Of a DNA stretch of 64,000 nucleotides, positions 1-7,834 are shown piece by piece (the stretch's first letter is position 1; each line of letters opens with the position of its first letter). The DNA comes from Candidatus Limnocylindria bacterium (GTDB lineage: Bacteria > Chloroflexota > Limnocylindria > Limnocylindrales > CSP1-4). A program made the position numbers and the translations under genes. Location: assembly GCA_035514295.1 (NCBI GenBank), contig DATKBB010000068.1:135-64134 (forward strand), in the 5' to 3' direction. Under the pieces are notes generated by a model. It did not search any database, was not told the origin of the DNA, and was given only the letters and a program-made list of their open reading frames with translations.

Positions 1-80
1 CATGGCCTCAGACACCTCACCGCCCACCACGATTCACGCATGATTGCCGTTTTGCTATTAAGCGCCCGTTTCAGTCTCTG

Positions 81-814
81 GTGCCGCCACAGGAAGGTAA
101 CCGCTACAGCCCGATCCTGCACGTCACCGGCACGCTCACCTGCGACGCTGATGGCCCGCAGGATGGCCATTGGCCGGTCATGACCGTTACCCAGCGCGGC
201 GCAGAGCACACTGACAACGATAACTTCGGCGGCGTCTTGTGCTCAACGGAACCGACACCGTTCAGTGTGACCACTGAGAGCCTTGAGTGTGAATCGACAC
301 TCGCCAAGGCGGACTGCCTCCACCCGGTGCCGCACTCGTTCGAGTTTGGATCGGAGACTCCGACCTCGCCCTACAACGTGTCATCCTCCGGCCCCAATCA
401 AGCCGTTAACCCGGTGCCGCACTCGTTCGAGCTTGGATCATCGAGGAATCAGGCGACCTTGCCCTACCGCCGCGGCCGTTCGCAGTTACGGAACCCGGGG
501 ATGGAACCACTGTCTCCACCACCCCGATAACCGTTCGCGGGGAGGCGCCGCCAGGGACACGGATTGTGCGCGACGTGTCCCTTGCCCCCGACGATGAGGC
601 CACCGCGAGTTCGTCGGGGATTTGGAGCATGGACATGCCGCTACGCGAGGGTGAGAACCGGCTTGTGTTCCGCGTCGGAGATGATCGGGCCCAAGTGGCT
701 GCGGGTGGGCCGGGCGTCGTCGAGACGAGCTGCCCACCCGGCCGTCCCTCCATGGGTGGCGAGCGGCCAATTTCCTTGTCGATTAGTCGAGTTCGGCCAT
801 TTGACCGACCCTGA
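81..814 (+). pseudogene. Repeat-containing, probably secreted Ig-like-domain protein with a broken reading frame (shift near 437-450)
   Basis: ORF 81-530 carries an in-frame 29-aa repeat (NPVPHSFE[FL]GS). A second frame, open from 410 to the stop at 812-814, encodes a protein-like segment (FAVTEPGDGTTVSTTPITVRGEAPPGTRIV...GENRLVFRVGDD). That frame has no start codon before GTG 566, which would cut the domain. A 1-nt shift joins the two frames. Confidence 0.4.
322..439 (+). repeat. Direct repeat with 87-nt period (31-nt cores at 322-352 and 409-439, one mismatch)
   Basis: acccggtgccgcactcgttcgag[t/c]ttggatc occurs twice. The period is a multiple of 3, consistent with a coding 29-aa repeat. 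Confidence 0.85.
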
Positions 815-922
815 TATGGTGATTCCCGACTGGTGTTGGAGTCCGCGAGGTGCCGTGCCTCCGGACGCCGTCGGGATAGGGAGTCCCGATCGAGCTGGCA
901 CCCGAAGACTAGGAGGGGGTTT

Positions 923-2074
923 GTGTTGCCTGCACGCACTCCGGCTGGCCACGCTATGCGCGCCGATCGAAGGCTTCGCCGCTCTTGGGCTGTGCTCCTC
1001 ATGCTTGCCCTTTCCCTGCCACTGGCGGCCGGGACAGCGGGGGTGGCCTCCGGGAGTCGAACGTCCGACTACCTGCTGATGCCGCGCAGCGAGTTGCTCA
1101 GCTTGCCCACCACGGGCAGCGCGTGGCTTGTCCTGAAGGGCGCGGCCGATAGCTCGTGGGGTAGCGCCGACCTATGCAACCAGGACAAACAGCATGGCGT
1201 AATGGCCCTCGCCGGCGCGCTGGTCTATGCGCGCACGGGCCAATCGAGCTACTACACCAAGTCTCGGAACGCGATTATGTCTGCGATGGCCACTCAGCGT
1301 CCCGGCTGCAGCAACGCCGTGCTTTCGCTCGGGCGCCAGCTGGGCGCTTACGTGCTGGCCGCCGACTTCATCAAGCTGTCGGGTAGCGACGACAGCACCT
1401 TCCGCTCCTGGCTGTCAAAGATCCGTACGCGCGAGCTTGGCGGACACGGCCGCTGGAAGGCGTTGACCGCCACGCATGCCGACTCGACCAACAACTGGGG
1501 CGCCTTCGCCGGGGCCAGCCGCATCGCGGCGAGCCTCTACCTTGGCGATATGACTGACGTGGCCGCCGCGGCCAAGGTGGTGCGTGGCTTCTTAGGCGAC
1601 CGATCAGCGTGGGCCGGATTCCGCAAGCCCGGGTCGCCCCAGCTGTTGTGGGCCTGCTCCACTTCGACCAGCACCTTTACGCCCGTCAACCCAGCCTGCA
1701 GCCGGTCGGGAAAGAACCTTGACGGTGTCATTCCTTCCGACGCCCACCGCGACGGCAAGGGCTTGACGTGGCCGATGGGGCCGACAGGCATTGGGTACAC
1801 CCTCGAGGTGCTGCAGGGAATGATCTTGCAGACCGAGCTGCTCCACCGGAACGGCTACGGTGGTGCCTGGACGTGGTCTAACTCAGCCTTGCGCCGTGCC
1901 GCCGGAGTGGTTAGCAGGAACGGCGCTGCTGGTGGACCGACCTGGAACCGTGCCTCGGCCCAGTTTCACGTGCCCTGGCTGCTCAACTTCCGCTATGGAC
2001 TCAGCTTGCCGACCAAGCCTGCCCGCTATGGGCGAGTTTTCGGCTACACCGACTGGCTCTACGCGAAGCGTTAG
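923..2074 (+). CDS. Secreted polysaccharide-lyase-like protein (alginate-lyase/heparinase-type fold suspected)
   Basis: AGGAGG at 911-916 lies 6 nt before GTG 923; ATG 956 is an alternative start. The N-terminus has a signal-peptide-like stretch (RRLRRSWAVLLMLALSLPLAAGTAG). The TNNWGAFAGASRIAASLYLGD motif recalls alginate-lyase-family proteins. GC3 is high throughout. Confidence 0.6.
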   Translation: MLPARTPAGHAMRADRRLRRSWAVLLMLALSLPLAAGTAGVASGSRTSDYLLMPRSELLSLPTTGSAWLVLKGAADSSWGSADLCNQDKQHGVMALAGALVYARTGQSSYYTKSRNAIMSAMATQRPGCSNAVLSLGRQLGAYVLAADFIKLSGSDDSTFRSWLSKIRTRELGGHGRWKALTATHADSTNNWGAFAGASRIAASLYLGDMTDVAAAAKVVRGFLGDRSAWAGFRKPGSPQLLWACSTSTSTFTPVNPACSRSGKNLDGVIPSDAHRDGKGLTWPMGPTGIGYTLEVLQGMILQTELLHRNGYGGAWTWSNSALRRAAGVVSRNGAAGGPTWNRASAQFHVPWLLNFRYGLSLPTKPARYGRVFGYTDWLYAKR

Positions 2075-2169
2075 GAGGGGGCTCAGGCCTCTCCTGGCGA
2101 CATGAAGTCGTGAAAGCCGTGGAGACCCGTCCTGATCACGACCAGTAGCTGGCGGCGACGGCCGACAAG

Positions 2170-2535
2170 ATGCTCGAGATCATCAACAAGCTGGAGCAGC
2201 CTGAGCGGACCAAGCATCTACTGGTGATCGGCACGCCGGAGCTCGTCCAGCTGGCGGAGGAGGCGCTGGACCACGCGCGAATCGCATTTCGCTGGGCGCC
2301 GGTTCAGCTCCAGCTGGGGCGCGAGGCGCCGGCGGGCGGCAACGGCACCGGCGCGGAGATGCGCCTGTCCGATGTGCAGCCGCGCCCGCTCGACCGCATC
2401 CTGGCCGACTGGCGTGAGGCTCAACTGCGCCTCGAGATTGCCCAGCGCGGCTCACCCCAAGCTGAGGCGGCGAGCTACGTTGTCGAGCGTCTGCGCGAGG
2501 AGTTCCGCGCCGCCCAGGAGCAGCGCGGCGGCTGA
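2170..2535 (+). CDS. Hypothetical cytoplasmic protein, first gene upstream of the SipW module
   Basis: 121-aa ORF with strong GC3 bias and charged helical composition. I recognise no family. Confidence 0.6.
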   Translation: MLEIINKLEQPERTKHLLVIGTPELVQLAEEALDHARIAFRWAPVQLQLGREAPAGGNGTGAEMRLSDVQPRPLDRILADWREAQLRLEIAQRGSPQAEAASYVVERLREEFRAAQEQRGG

Positions 2536-2641
2536 CCCCCCGTAAGTATCGTTGCTGCCCCGCACCATCGTTGGGCAGCGTCCAGCCGGTTCCTCGGTCA
2601 TGGTGCGTTTGATTTCCCGGCTGAGTGAGGACGCACGACTA

Positions 2642-3049
2642 ATGGCTCAGAAGGAGCGCATCACCATCTCGGCGATCGTCGCCATCGCCGTCTTTTCCAT
2701 CATTTACGCGGTCGCCGCATCGCTCAACGTCAGCGCCGGCACGTTGGGCGCAGGCAGCAGCGACGTCACGTCGTGTGACAGCGACGGCGTCGCCACGACG
2801 TTTGCCACCACGTTCAGTAGCTCGCTTGGCGGCTACAAGGTCACGACCGTCAGCGTGACCGGAGTCGACACTCCCGCCTGCGACGGCAGGACGCTGAAGG
2901 TGACATTGTTCGATGCCGCGGATCAGGCGCTGGGAGAGCAGACGGTCACGCTGGGCACGCCTGCGGCGGACCCCACCAACCTAGACTTCAACTCGGACGA
3001 TGTGCTGGCCAGCGACGTTCATAAGGTCGCGGTCGTCATTTCCGGCTAG
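2642..3049 (+). CDS. Small secreted 2-Cys protein A (N-terminal hydrophobic helix, AVA-type cleavage site), candidate SipW substrate
   Basis: ATG 2642 gives MAQKERITISAIVAIAVFSIIYAVAASLNVSAGTLGAG. The mature part has CDSDG ... PACDG and beta-rich composition. It is a paralog of the next gene and lies two genes (about 1.1 kb) upstream of a SipW-type peptidase. Confidence 0.65.
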   Translation: MAQKERITISAIVAIAVFSIIYAVAASLNVSAGTLGAGSSDVTSCDSDGVATTFATTFSSSLGGYKVTTVSVTGVDTPACDGRTLKVTLFDAADQALGEQTVTLGTPAADPTNLDFNSDDVLASDVHKVAVVISG

Positions 3050-3461
3050 CGCGGCCACCTGCCGCCGCCGAGCGGTCATTGTCGCGCTGCTCGCCGCGTC
3101 CGGCCTGGCAGGCGCCTCGCTGTTGTCGAGCCTGCTGGCCGTGGCCGGCGGTTTCTCGGTGTCGACCGCGTACCTCGGCTCGGGAGCAGCAGCCCTCGTC
3201 GCCTGTGATCCCGATGGGCTGACGCTCGGCTATACCCTCGATCCGGCAGGTCGCCTGAGCAGGGCCCACGTCAGCGGCATCAATCCTGCCTGCGCCGGCG
3301 GAACGGTTCGTGTGAGCCTGTTGGCCGGCAGCTTCGTCGCCGGCGGCGGCAGCGCTTCGCTGCCCGCGTCGGGCTTCGACGGCTCGGCCGACGTCGACCT
3401 CGTCGACCTGCCCGCGGCCAGCACGATCACGCGTGTTCACCTGGTCGTGGAGGACAGGTGA
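3000..3461 (+). CDS. Small secreted 2-Cys protein B (paralog of 2642-3049)
   Basis: It shares the same architecture: hydrophobic N-terminus ...LLAVAGGFSVSTAYLGSG, then CDPDG ... PACAG ... V.V.L ... V.VV. The only canonical in-frame start is ATG 3000, 50 nt inside the previous gene, so the start is uncertain. Confidence 0.55.
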   Translation: MCWPATFIRSRSSFPASAATCRRRAVIVALLAASGLAGASLLSSLLAVAGGFSVSTAYLGSGAAALVACDPDGLTLGYTLDPAGRLSRAHVSGINPACAGGTVRVSLLAGSFVAGGGSASLPASGFDGSADVDLVDLPAASTITRVHLVVEDR

Positions 3462-4124
3462 AGCCGCTGCGGCTCCTGGCCCTCCTCCAGGTAGCGCTGC
3501 TGCTGGCCGCTGCGCCGGCGCTGGCGGCCGGAATCACGGTGCACTCAGGCGGGCTCGCGCTCGTCGAGCGCCAATACGGTGCGCCGCTGACTTGCACGTT
3601 GGTGCCGGCGGCCGACACCTACGTCCGCGGCGATCAGACCGGCACCAGCTTTGGAGGCGCGACCTCGCTGCTGGTCGGCAACTCGTCCGCGTCCACTCGC
3701 CGCAGCCTGCTTCACTTCGACCTTGCGGGATGCTTTCCCGCTATTCCGCCAGATGCCATCATCCACACGGCCACCGTCCGGCTGACCAGCGCTTCGCTGC
3801 TCAACGTGGGACCGCGCACTTACGGGTTGCGACGCGCCACCGCCGGCTGGACGGAGTCGACCACCTGGTTCAGCCAACCGTCGGTCCAGGGCACGCTGAG
3901 CGCAAGGGCCACGATAGGGCTGACGACTGTCGTGGGCACGCCGATCGACTGGCCCGTCGGCCCGGACGTGCAGGCGTTCGTCTCCAGCCGGACGACCGAC
4001 TTCGGCTGGCAGCTGGCCGACACGAGGAGGGCGTCACGCCGTGTTGCTCTCGGCAAGCATCAGCTTCGCGTCGCGCGAGGCCGCCTCCGGCCAACCCCAG
4101 CTGATCGTCGACTACGCTCCATGA
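3458..4124 (+). pseudogene. Secreted DNRLRE/CBM96-like domain protein with an apparent +1 frame break at about 4022-4040
   Basis: Signal peptide MKPLRLLALLQVALLLAAAPALAAG, followed by SLLHFDL...IPPDAIIHTATVRL...GWTESTTWFSQP...FGWQLAD in the ORF frame. The expected family C-terminus ISFASREAASGQPQLIVDYAP-stop is in the next frame and ends at TGA 4122-4124. In the ORF track the gene instead reads through into the peptidase. Confidence 0.55.
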
Positions 4125-4618
4125 TCACGCTGCCGCGCCTACTCTTCGTGCTCGCTCTGGCCCTATGGGTGGTGGCGTTCCGCCCGGCTTCGCTCGGCGG
4201 ACCGGCCGGCTACGTGGTCGTGGCTGGCGAGAGCATGCAACCGACGCTGACCAACGGCACGCTCGTGCTGACGATGACCTCCGCCGTCTACGCGACCGGC
4301 GACGTCATCGCCTTCCGCGTGGTCAACGCCTCAGGCTCCGCCCCGCTCGTCATCCACCGCATCGTCGGCGGCTCGGCCGAGGCCGGCTTCCGGACCAGGG
4401 GTGACAACATGCCGCTGGCCGACCCCTGGCTCGTGAGGCCCGAGCAGATCCTCGGCCGACAGGCGGCTGCTCTGGCCGAGGGCGGCCCGCTCGTTGCCCT
4501 CCTGCGTGCCCCGATCGTGCTCGCCAGCCTCGCCGCTGGGCTGGCCACCTACCTGGTGCTCGGCTGGCGGCCACGGCGCAGTGCCGATCCCCAGGCGGTC
4601 GCGCAGGCCCCGGCCTGA
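4121..4618 (+). CDS. Signal peptidase I, archaeal/SipW type
   Basis: ATG 4121 overlaps the TGA of the shifted upstream frame (ATGA). There is an N-terminal TM helix, then VVAGESMQPTLTNGTLV (the SMxPT Ser box), VIHRIV and RTRGDNMPLADP (the GDN box), and a C-terminal TM helix. Confidence 0.8.
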   Translation: MITLPRLLFVLALALWVVAFRPASLGGPAGYVVVAGESMQPTLTNGTLVLTMTSAVYATGDVIAFRVVNASGSAPLVIHRIVGGSAEAGFRTRGDNMPLADPWLVRPEQILGRQAAALAEGGPLVALLRAPIVLASLAAGLATYLVLGWRPRRSADPQAVAQAPA

Positions 4619-4626
4619 TCGGCGCC

Positions 4627-4635
4627 TGCTATGCT
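4627..4635 (+). promoter_or_regulatory. Candidate extended -10 element (TGcTATGCT) upstream of lemA
   Basis: TGCTATGCT lies 50 nt upstream of ATG 4685. GAGGGG is in SD position before the ATG. Confidence 0.3.
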
Positions 4636-4684
4636 CATCGGGCCGCTGGCGCGGCTACCGTCCGAACAAAGCTGAGGGGCCCAA

Positions 4685-5266
4685 ATGGAGCTGATCATCA
4701 TCCTGGCGGTCGTGGGCGTCATCGTCCTCGGCCTCATCCTGATTTACAACAGCCTGGTCCAGCGCCGGCTGCGCATCGATGAGGCGTTCGCCCAGATCGA
4801 GGTCCAGCTCAAGCGCCGCTGGGACCTCATCCCCAACCTGGTGAACGCGGTCAAGGGCTACATGGGTTTCGAGCAGTCGGTCCTGCAGAACGTGACCGAG
4901 GCTCGCGCCAACGCCGTCGCCGCCGGAGCCAAGGGGCCCCACGAGCAGGCCGCAGCCGAAGGCATGCTCACCGGCGCCCTGCGGTCGCTCTTCGCCGTCG
5001 TCGAGAACTATCCCGAGTTGAAGGCCAACCAGAACGTGCTCGAGCTGCAGGAGCAGCTGACCACGACGGAGAACCAGATCGGTTTCGCCCGCCAGCACTA
5101 CAACGCCACCGTGCTCGAGTACAACACGTCCATCGCGACCTTCCCCAACCTGCTCATAGCGGGCCCGTTGGGCTTCCGGCCGCGCGAGTTCTTCGACGCC
5201 GAGCCCGAGGCAGCGCAGGTGCCCACGGTCGACCTGGGCATGTCGAGTCCCCCGCCGACCTCGTAA
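4685..5266 (+). CDS. lemA: LemA family membrane protein
   Basis: N-terminal TM helix followed by YNSLVQRRLRIDEAFAQIEVQLKRRWDLIPNLV...ENYPELKANQNVLELQEQL, a typical LemA signature. Confidence 0.9.
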   Translation: MELIIILAVVGVIVLGLILIYNSLVQRRLRIDEAFAQIEVQLKRRWDLIPNLVNAVKGYMGFEQSVLQNVTEARANAVAAGAKGPHEQAAAEGMLTGALRSLFAVVENYPELKANQNVLELQEQLTTTENQIGFARQHYNATVLEYNTSIATFPNLLIAGPLGFRPREFFDAEPEAAQVPTVDLGMSSPPPTS

Positions 5267-5312
5267 GCACAACCCTTCAACGACGGGGCTCGCACCCGGC
5301 CGCTGACTCAAC

Positions 5313-6308
5313 ATGACTGCCGCCGCTCGCGTCCAGACGTTTCACTCGCAGATCGCCGCCAACCGGCGCCGGTCGCTGCTGCTGATTGCCCTCGTCTTCG
5401 GCTTGCTGGCCGTCTTCGGCTTCGTGGTCGGCTTCGCCATGAGCGGCGCACCGGAAGGCGGCTACGTTGCGACGGCGATTGCCGTGCTGATCGCTTTGGC
5501 GATGACCAGCGTCAGCTACTTCGCGGGCGACAGCATCGTGCTGGCCGCCTCGCAGGCCAAGCCCCTGCGTGAGGCCGACGCCCCTCAGCTTGCCAACATC
5601 GTGCGCGAGCTGACCATCGCGGCCAACATGCCGCCGCCCAAGGTCTACCTCATCGACGACACGGCGCCCAACGCTTTCGCCACCGGGCGCAGCCCCAAGC
5701 ACGCCAGCATCGCGGTCACGACAGGATTGCTCCAGAAGCTGGACCGCGAGGAGTTGCAGGGCGTCGTCGCACACGAGCTGTCGCACGTGCGCAACCTGGA
5801 CATCCGCTTCGCCCTGCTGGTGGGTGTGCTGGTCGGCTCGATCGTGCTGCTGGCCGACTTCTTCCTGCGCTGGACGTGGTGGGGTGGCGGGATGCGCGGC
5901 GGCTCGCGGCGCGGTCGCGACGGAGGCGGCGGCGCGATCGTGATCCTGTACATCGTGGCGCTGGTGCTGGCCGTGCTCGCTCCCATCGTGGCCCGTTTCG
6001 TGCAGATGGCCGTCAGCCGCCAGCGCGAGTACCTGGCCGATGCGTCGAGCGTCGAGCTCACCCGCAACCCGTACGGGCTGGAGCGAGCGCTGGCCAAGAT
6101 AGGCACCGACAAGGAAGTTCTGGAGGTGGCTAACCGCGCCACCCAGCACCTCTACTTCGTCAACCCCATCAAGAAGTTCGAGGCGCGCGCTTCGAACCTG
6201 ATGTCGACGCACCCGCCGATCGTCGATCGCATCAACCGGCTGCGCGCACTGTCCGGCAGCGCACCGGTGGACACGTCGACGGTGAGCGCCCTGGCGGGGC
6301 TGGACTAG
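5313..6308 (+). CDS. htpX: M48 zinc metalloprotease, HtpX-like
   Basis: Multi-TM protein with HELSHVRNLD (HExxH) and a downstream REYLADASSVELT glutamate motif. It directly follows lemA. Confidence 0.85.
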   Translation: MTAAARVQTFHSQIAANRRRSLLLIALVFGLLAVFGFVVGFAMSGAPEGGYVATAIAVLIALAMTSVSYFAGDSIVLAASQAKPLREADAPQLANIVRELTIAANMPPPKVYLIDDTAPNAFATGRSPKHASIAVTTGLLQKLDREELQGVVAHELSHVRNLDIRFALLVGVLVGSIVLLADFFLRWTWWGGGMRGGSRRGRDGGGGAIVILYIVALVLAVLAPIVARFVQMAVSRQREYLADASSVELTRNPYGLERALAKIGTDKEVLEVANRATQHLYFVNPIKKFEARASNLMSTHPPIVDRINRLRALSGSAPVDTSTVSALAGLD

Positions 6309-6408
6309 GACGGCGCCTGCGGCGTCGTCGGCTCGGGCGTTGAACCGCTCGCGACCGATGTGGTTCAATAGGGACGGTCGCCTTGGCGGCCGGTCTAGGT
6401 CTGGTCGC

Positions 6409-6484
6409 GCCGAGATAGCTCAGTTGGTAGAGCACGTGACTGAAAATCACGGTGTCGCCAGTTCGATTCTGGCTCTCGGCACCA
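6409..6484 (+). tRNA. tRNA-Phe (anticodon GAA), CCA encoded
   Basis: Acceptor GCCGAGA/TCTCGGC, D arm GCTCAGTTGGTAGAGC, anticodon loop CTGAAAA, T arm GCCAGTTCGATTCTGGC, and A-CCA at the 3' end. Confidence 0.95.
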
Positions 6485-6514
6485 CACTCGGCCGGTCGAG
6501 GCGGCTGGTATCGG

Positions 6515-6590
6515 GCGGAAGTGGCTCAGTTGGTAGAGCATCACCTTGCCAAGGTGAGGGTCGCGGGTTCGAGTCCCGTCTTCCGCTCCA
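6515..6590 (+). tRNA. tRNA-Gly (anticodon GCC), CCA encoded
   Basis: Acceptor GCGGAAG/CTTCCGC, anticodon stem TCACC/GGTGA with loop TTGCCAA, T loop TTCGAGT, and T-CCA at the 3' end. Confidence 0.95.
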
Positions 6591-6624
6591 CTCCTTCCAT
6601 CTTCCGAACACCCGCGAGGACCGC

Positions 6625-6698
6625 TGGCCCTTCGTCTAGTGGTAGGACAGCGGACTTTGGATCCGTTAACCGAGGTTCGAATCCTCGAGGGCCAGCCA
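6625..6698 (+). tRNA. tRNA-Gln (anticodon TTG), CCA encoded
   Basis: Acceptor TGGCCCT/AGGGCCA, D arm GTCTAGTGGTAGGAC, anticodon loop CTTTGGA, T arm CGAGGTTCGAATCCTCG, and G-CCA at the 3' end. Confidence 0.95.
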
Positions 6699-6758
6699 GA
6701 CAGAACGGGGATGGAAGCGCTAACGTCATACGGCCGGCCCCCGACCGGCAGCGTCAGA

Positions 6759-6834
6759 GGCGACGTACCCAAGTGGTTAAGGGGGAGGTCTGCAAAACCT
6801 CTATTCACCGGTTCGAATCCGGTCGTCGCCTCCA
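6759..6834 (+). tRNA. tRNA-Cys (anticodon GCA), CCA encoded
   Basis: Acceptor GGCGACG/CGTCGCC, anticodon stem GAGGT/ACCTC with loop CTGCAAA, T arm ACCGGTTCGAATCCGGT, and T-CCA at the 3' end. Confidence 0.95.
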
Positions 6835-7006
6835 CTCCCTTCCCGTCGACGCCATCGGCCATTTGACCTATAGGCGTGCGGCCGGGCGTGCTTAGAATAG
6901 GCGCCCGCGGAAGGCGGTGCGACGTCACCTCCGGCCGACTGTCCGCCTCCTACGGCTCTCAATACGATCGCTCCAAAGGCGAACATCCGACAAGGAGTAC
7001 CCAGCC

Positions 7007-7681
7007 ATGAGCCTCCCGCTCGCCGACCAGGCAGTCCACGCCGGCCGGCCGATCCGCCGTAGGGGCAGGCTGGCATCGGCCGGCAGGTCGCTGGCACTCA
7101 GCGTTGCGCTGGCCGCCTGCGGCGGCGCGGCGCCGGACGCCCCCGGCAACCCCGGCACTGGCGGCCCGGTTGGGCCTGGGGGCCCGACACTCCGCCCGGT
7201 CGATGGCTCGTTGGCGGCACTGCTGCCCACGCAGGTGGGCGGCGAAACGCTGACGGTCGAGTCCGGCGACGGCACCGCCGGCCTGGCGCTGCTGCCCGCC
7301 GCAGACCTGGCAAGCATCACCGAGCAGCTGGACGGATTGAACCTCACGCCCGAACGGTTGAGCTTCGCCGTGGCCGGCGACATGGCCACCGCCAACGACG
7401 AGAGCGGGCTCGCGCTCGCCGCCGTGCGCGTCCCGGGAGTGCTGTACACGCCGGGTAGCGGCCCGCAGCTCGAACTCGTCAAGAGCCTGCTGGGCTCTAG
7501 CGGACCGGCCCGCCCGGCCCGCGCCACCTTCGACGGCAAGTCGACCACCACCATCCGCCAGGCATCCGACGACGGCGACGTGACGACGTACATCTACAGT
7601 CCGACCGAGGTGATCTTCATCGCGCGCGGCACGCGGGAGCTCGTGGAGCAGGCCTTCGACCTGATTCCGGCGCGGCCCTAG
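7007..7681 (+). CDS. Hypothetical lipoprotein
   Basis: AAGGAG at 6992-6997 lies 9 nt before ATG 7007. It has a lipobox-like LSVALAAC followed by a Gly/Pro-rich linker. No family recognised. Confidence 0.7.
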   Translation: MSLPLADQAVHAGRPIRRRGRLASAGRSLALSVALAACGGAAPDAPGNPGTGGPVGPGGPTLRPVDGSLAALLPTQVGGETLTVESGDGTAGLALLPAADLASITEQLDGLNLTPERLSFAVAGDMATANDESGLALAAVRVPGVLYTPGSGPQLELVKSLLGSSGPARPARATFDGKSTTTIRQASDDGDVTTYIYSPTEVIFIARGTRELVEQAFDLIPARP

Positions 7682-7834
7682 CCGGGGGCTTGCCGGCGGG
7701 TTGTCCACCGCGGTGGGCCTACTGAAAGCCCCGCGCAACATCGCCCTGCTCGCTTGTCCCACGTCCGAACGGCGGCAACGCTCAGGCTTGACGGTGCGCA
7801 GACGCGCATGGTCGTGAAGCAAGGGGGAACCCCA

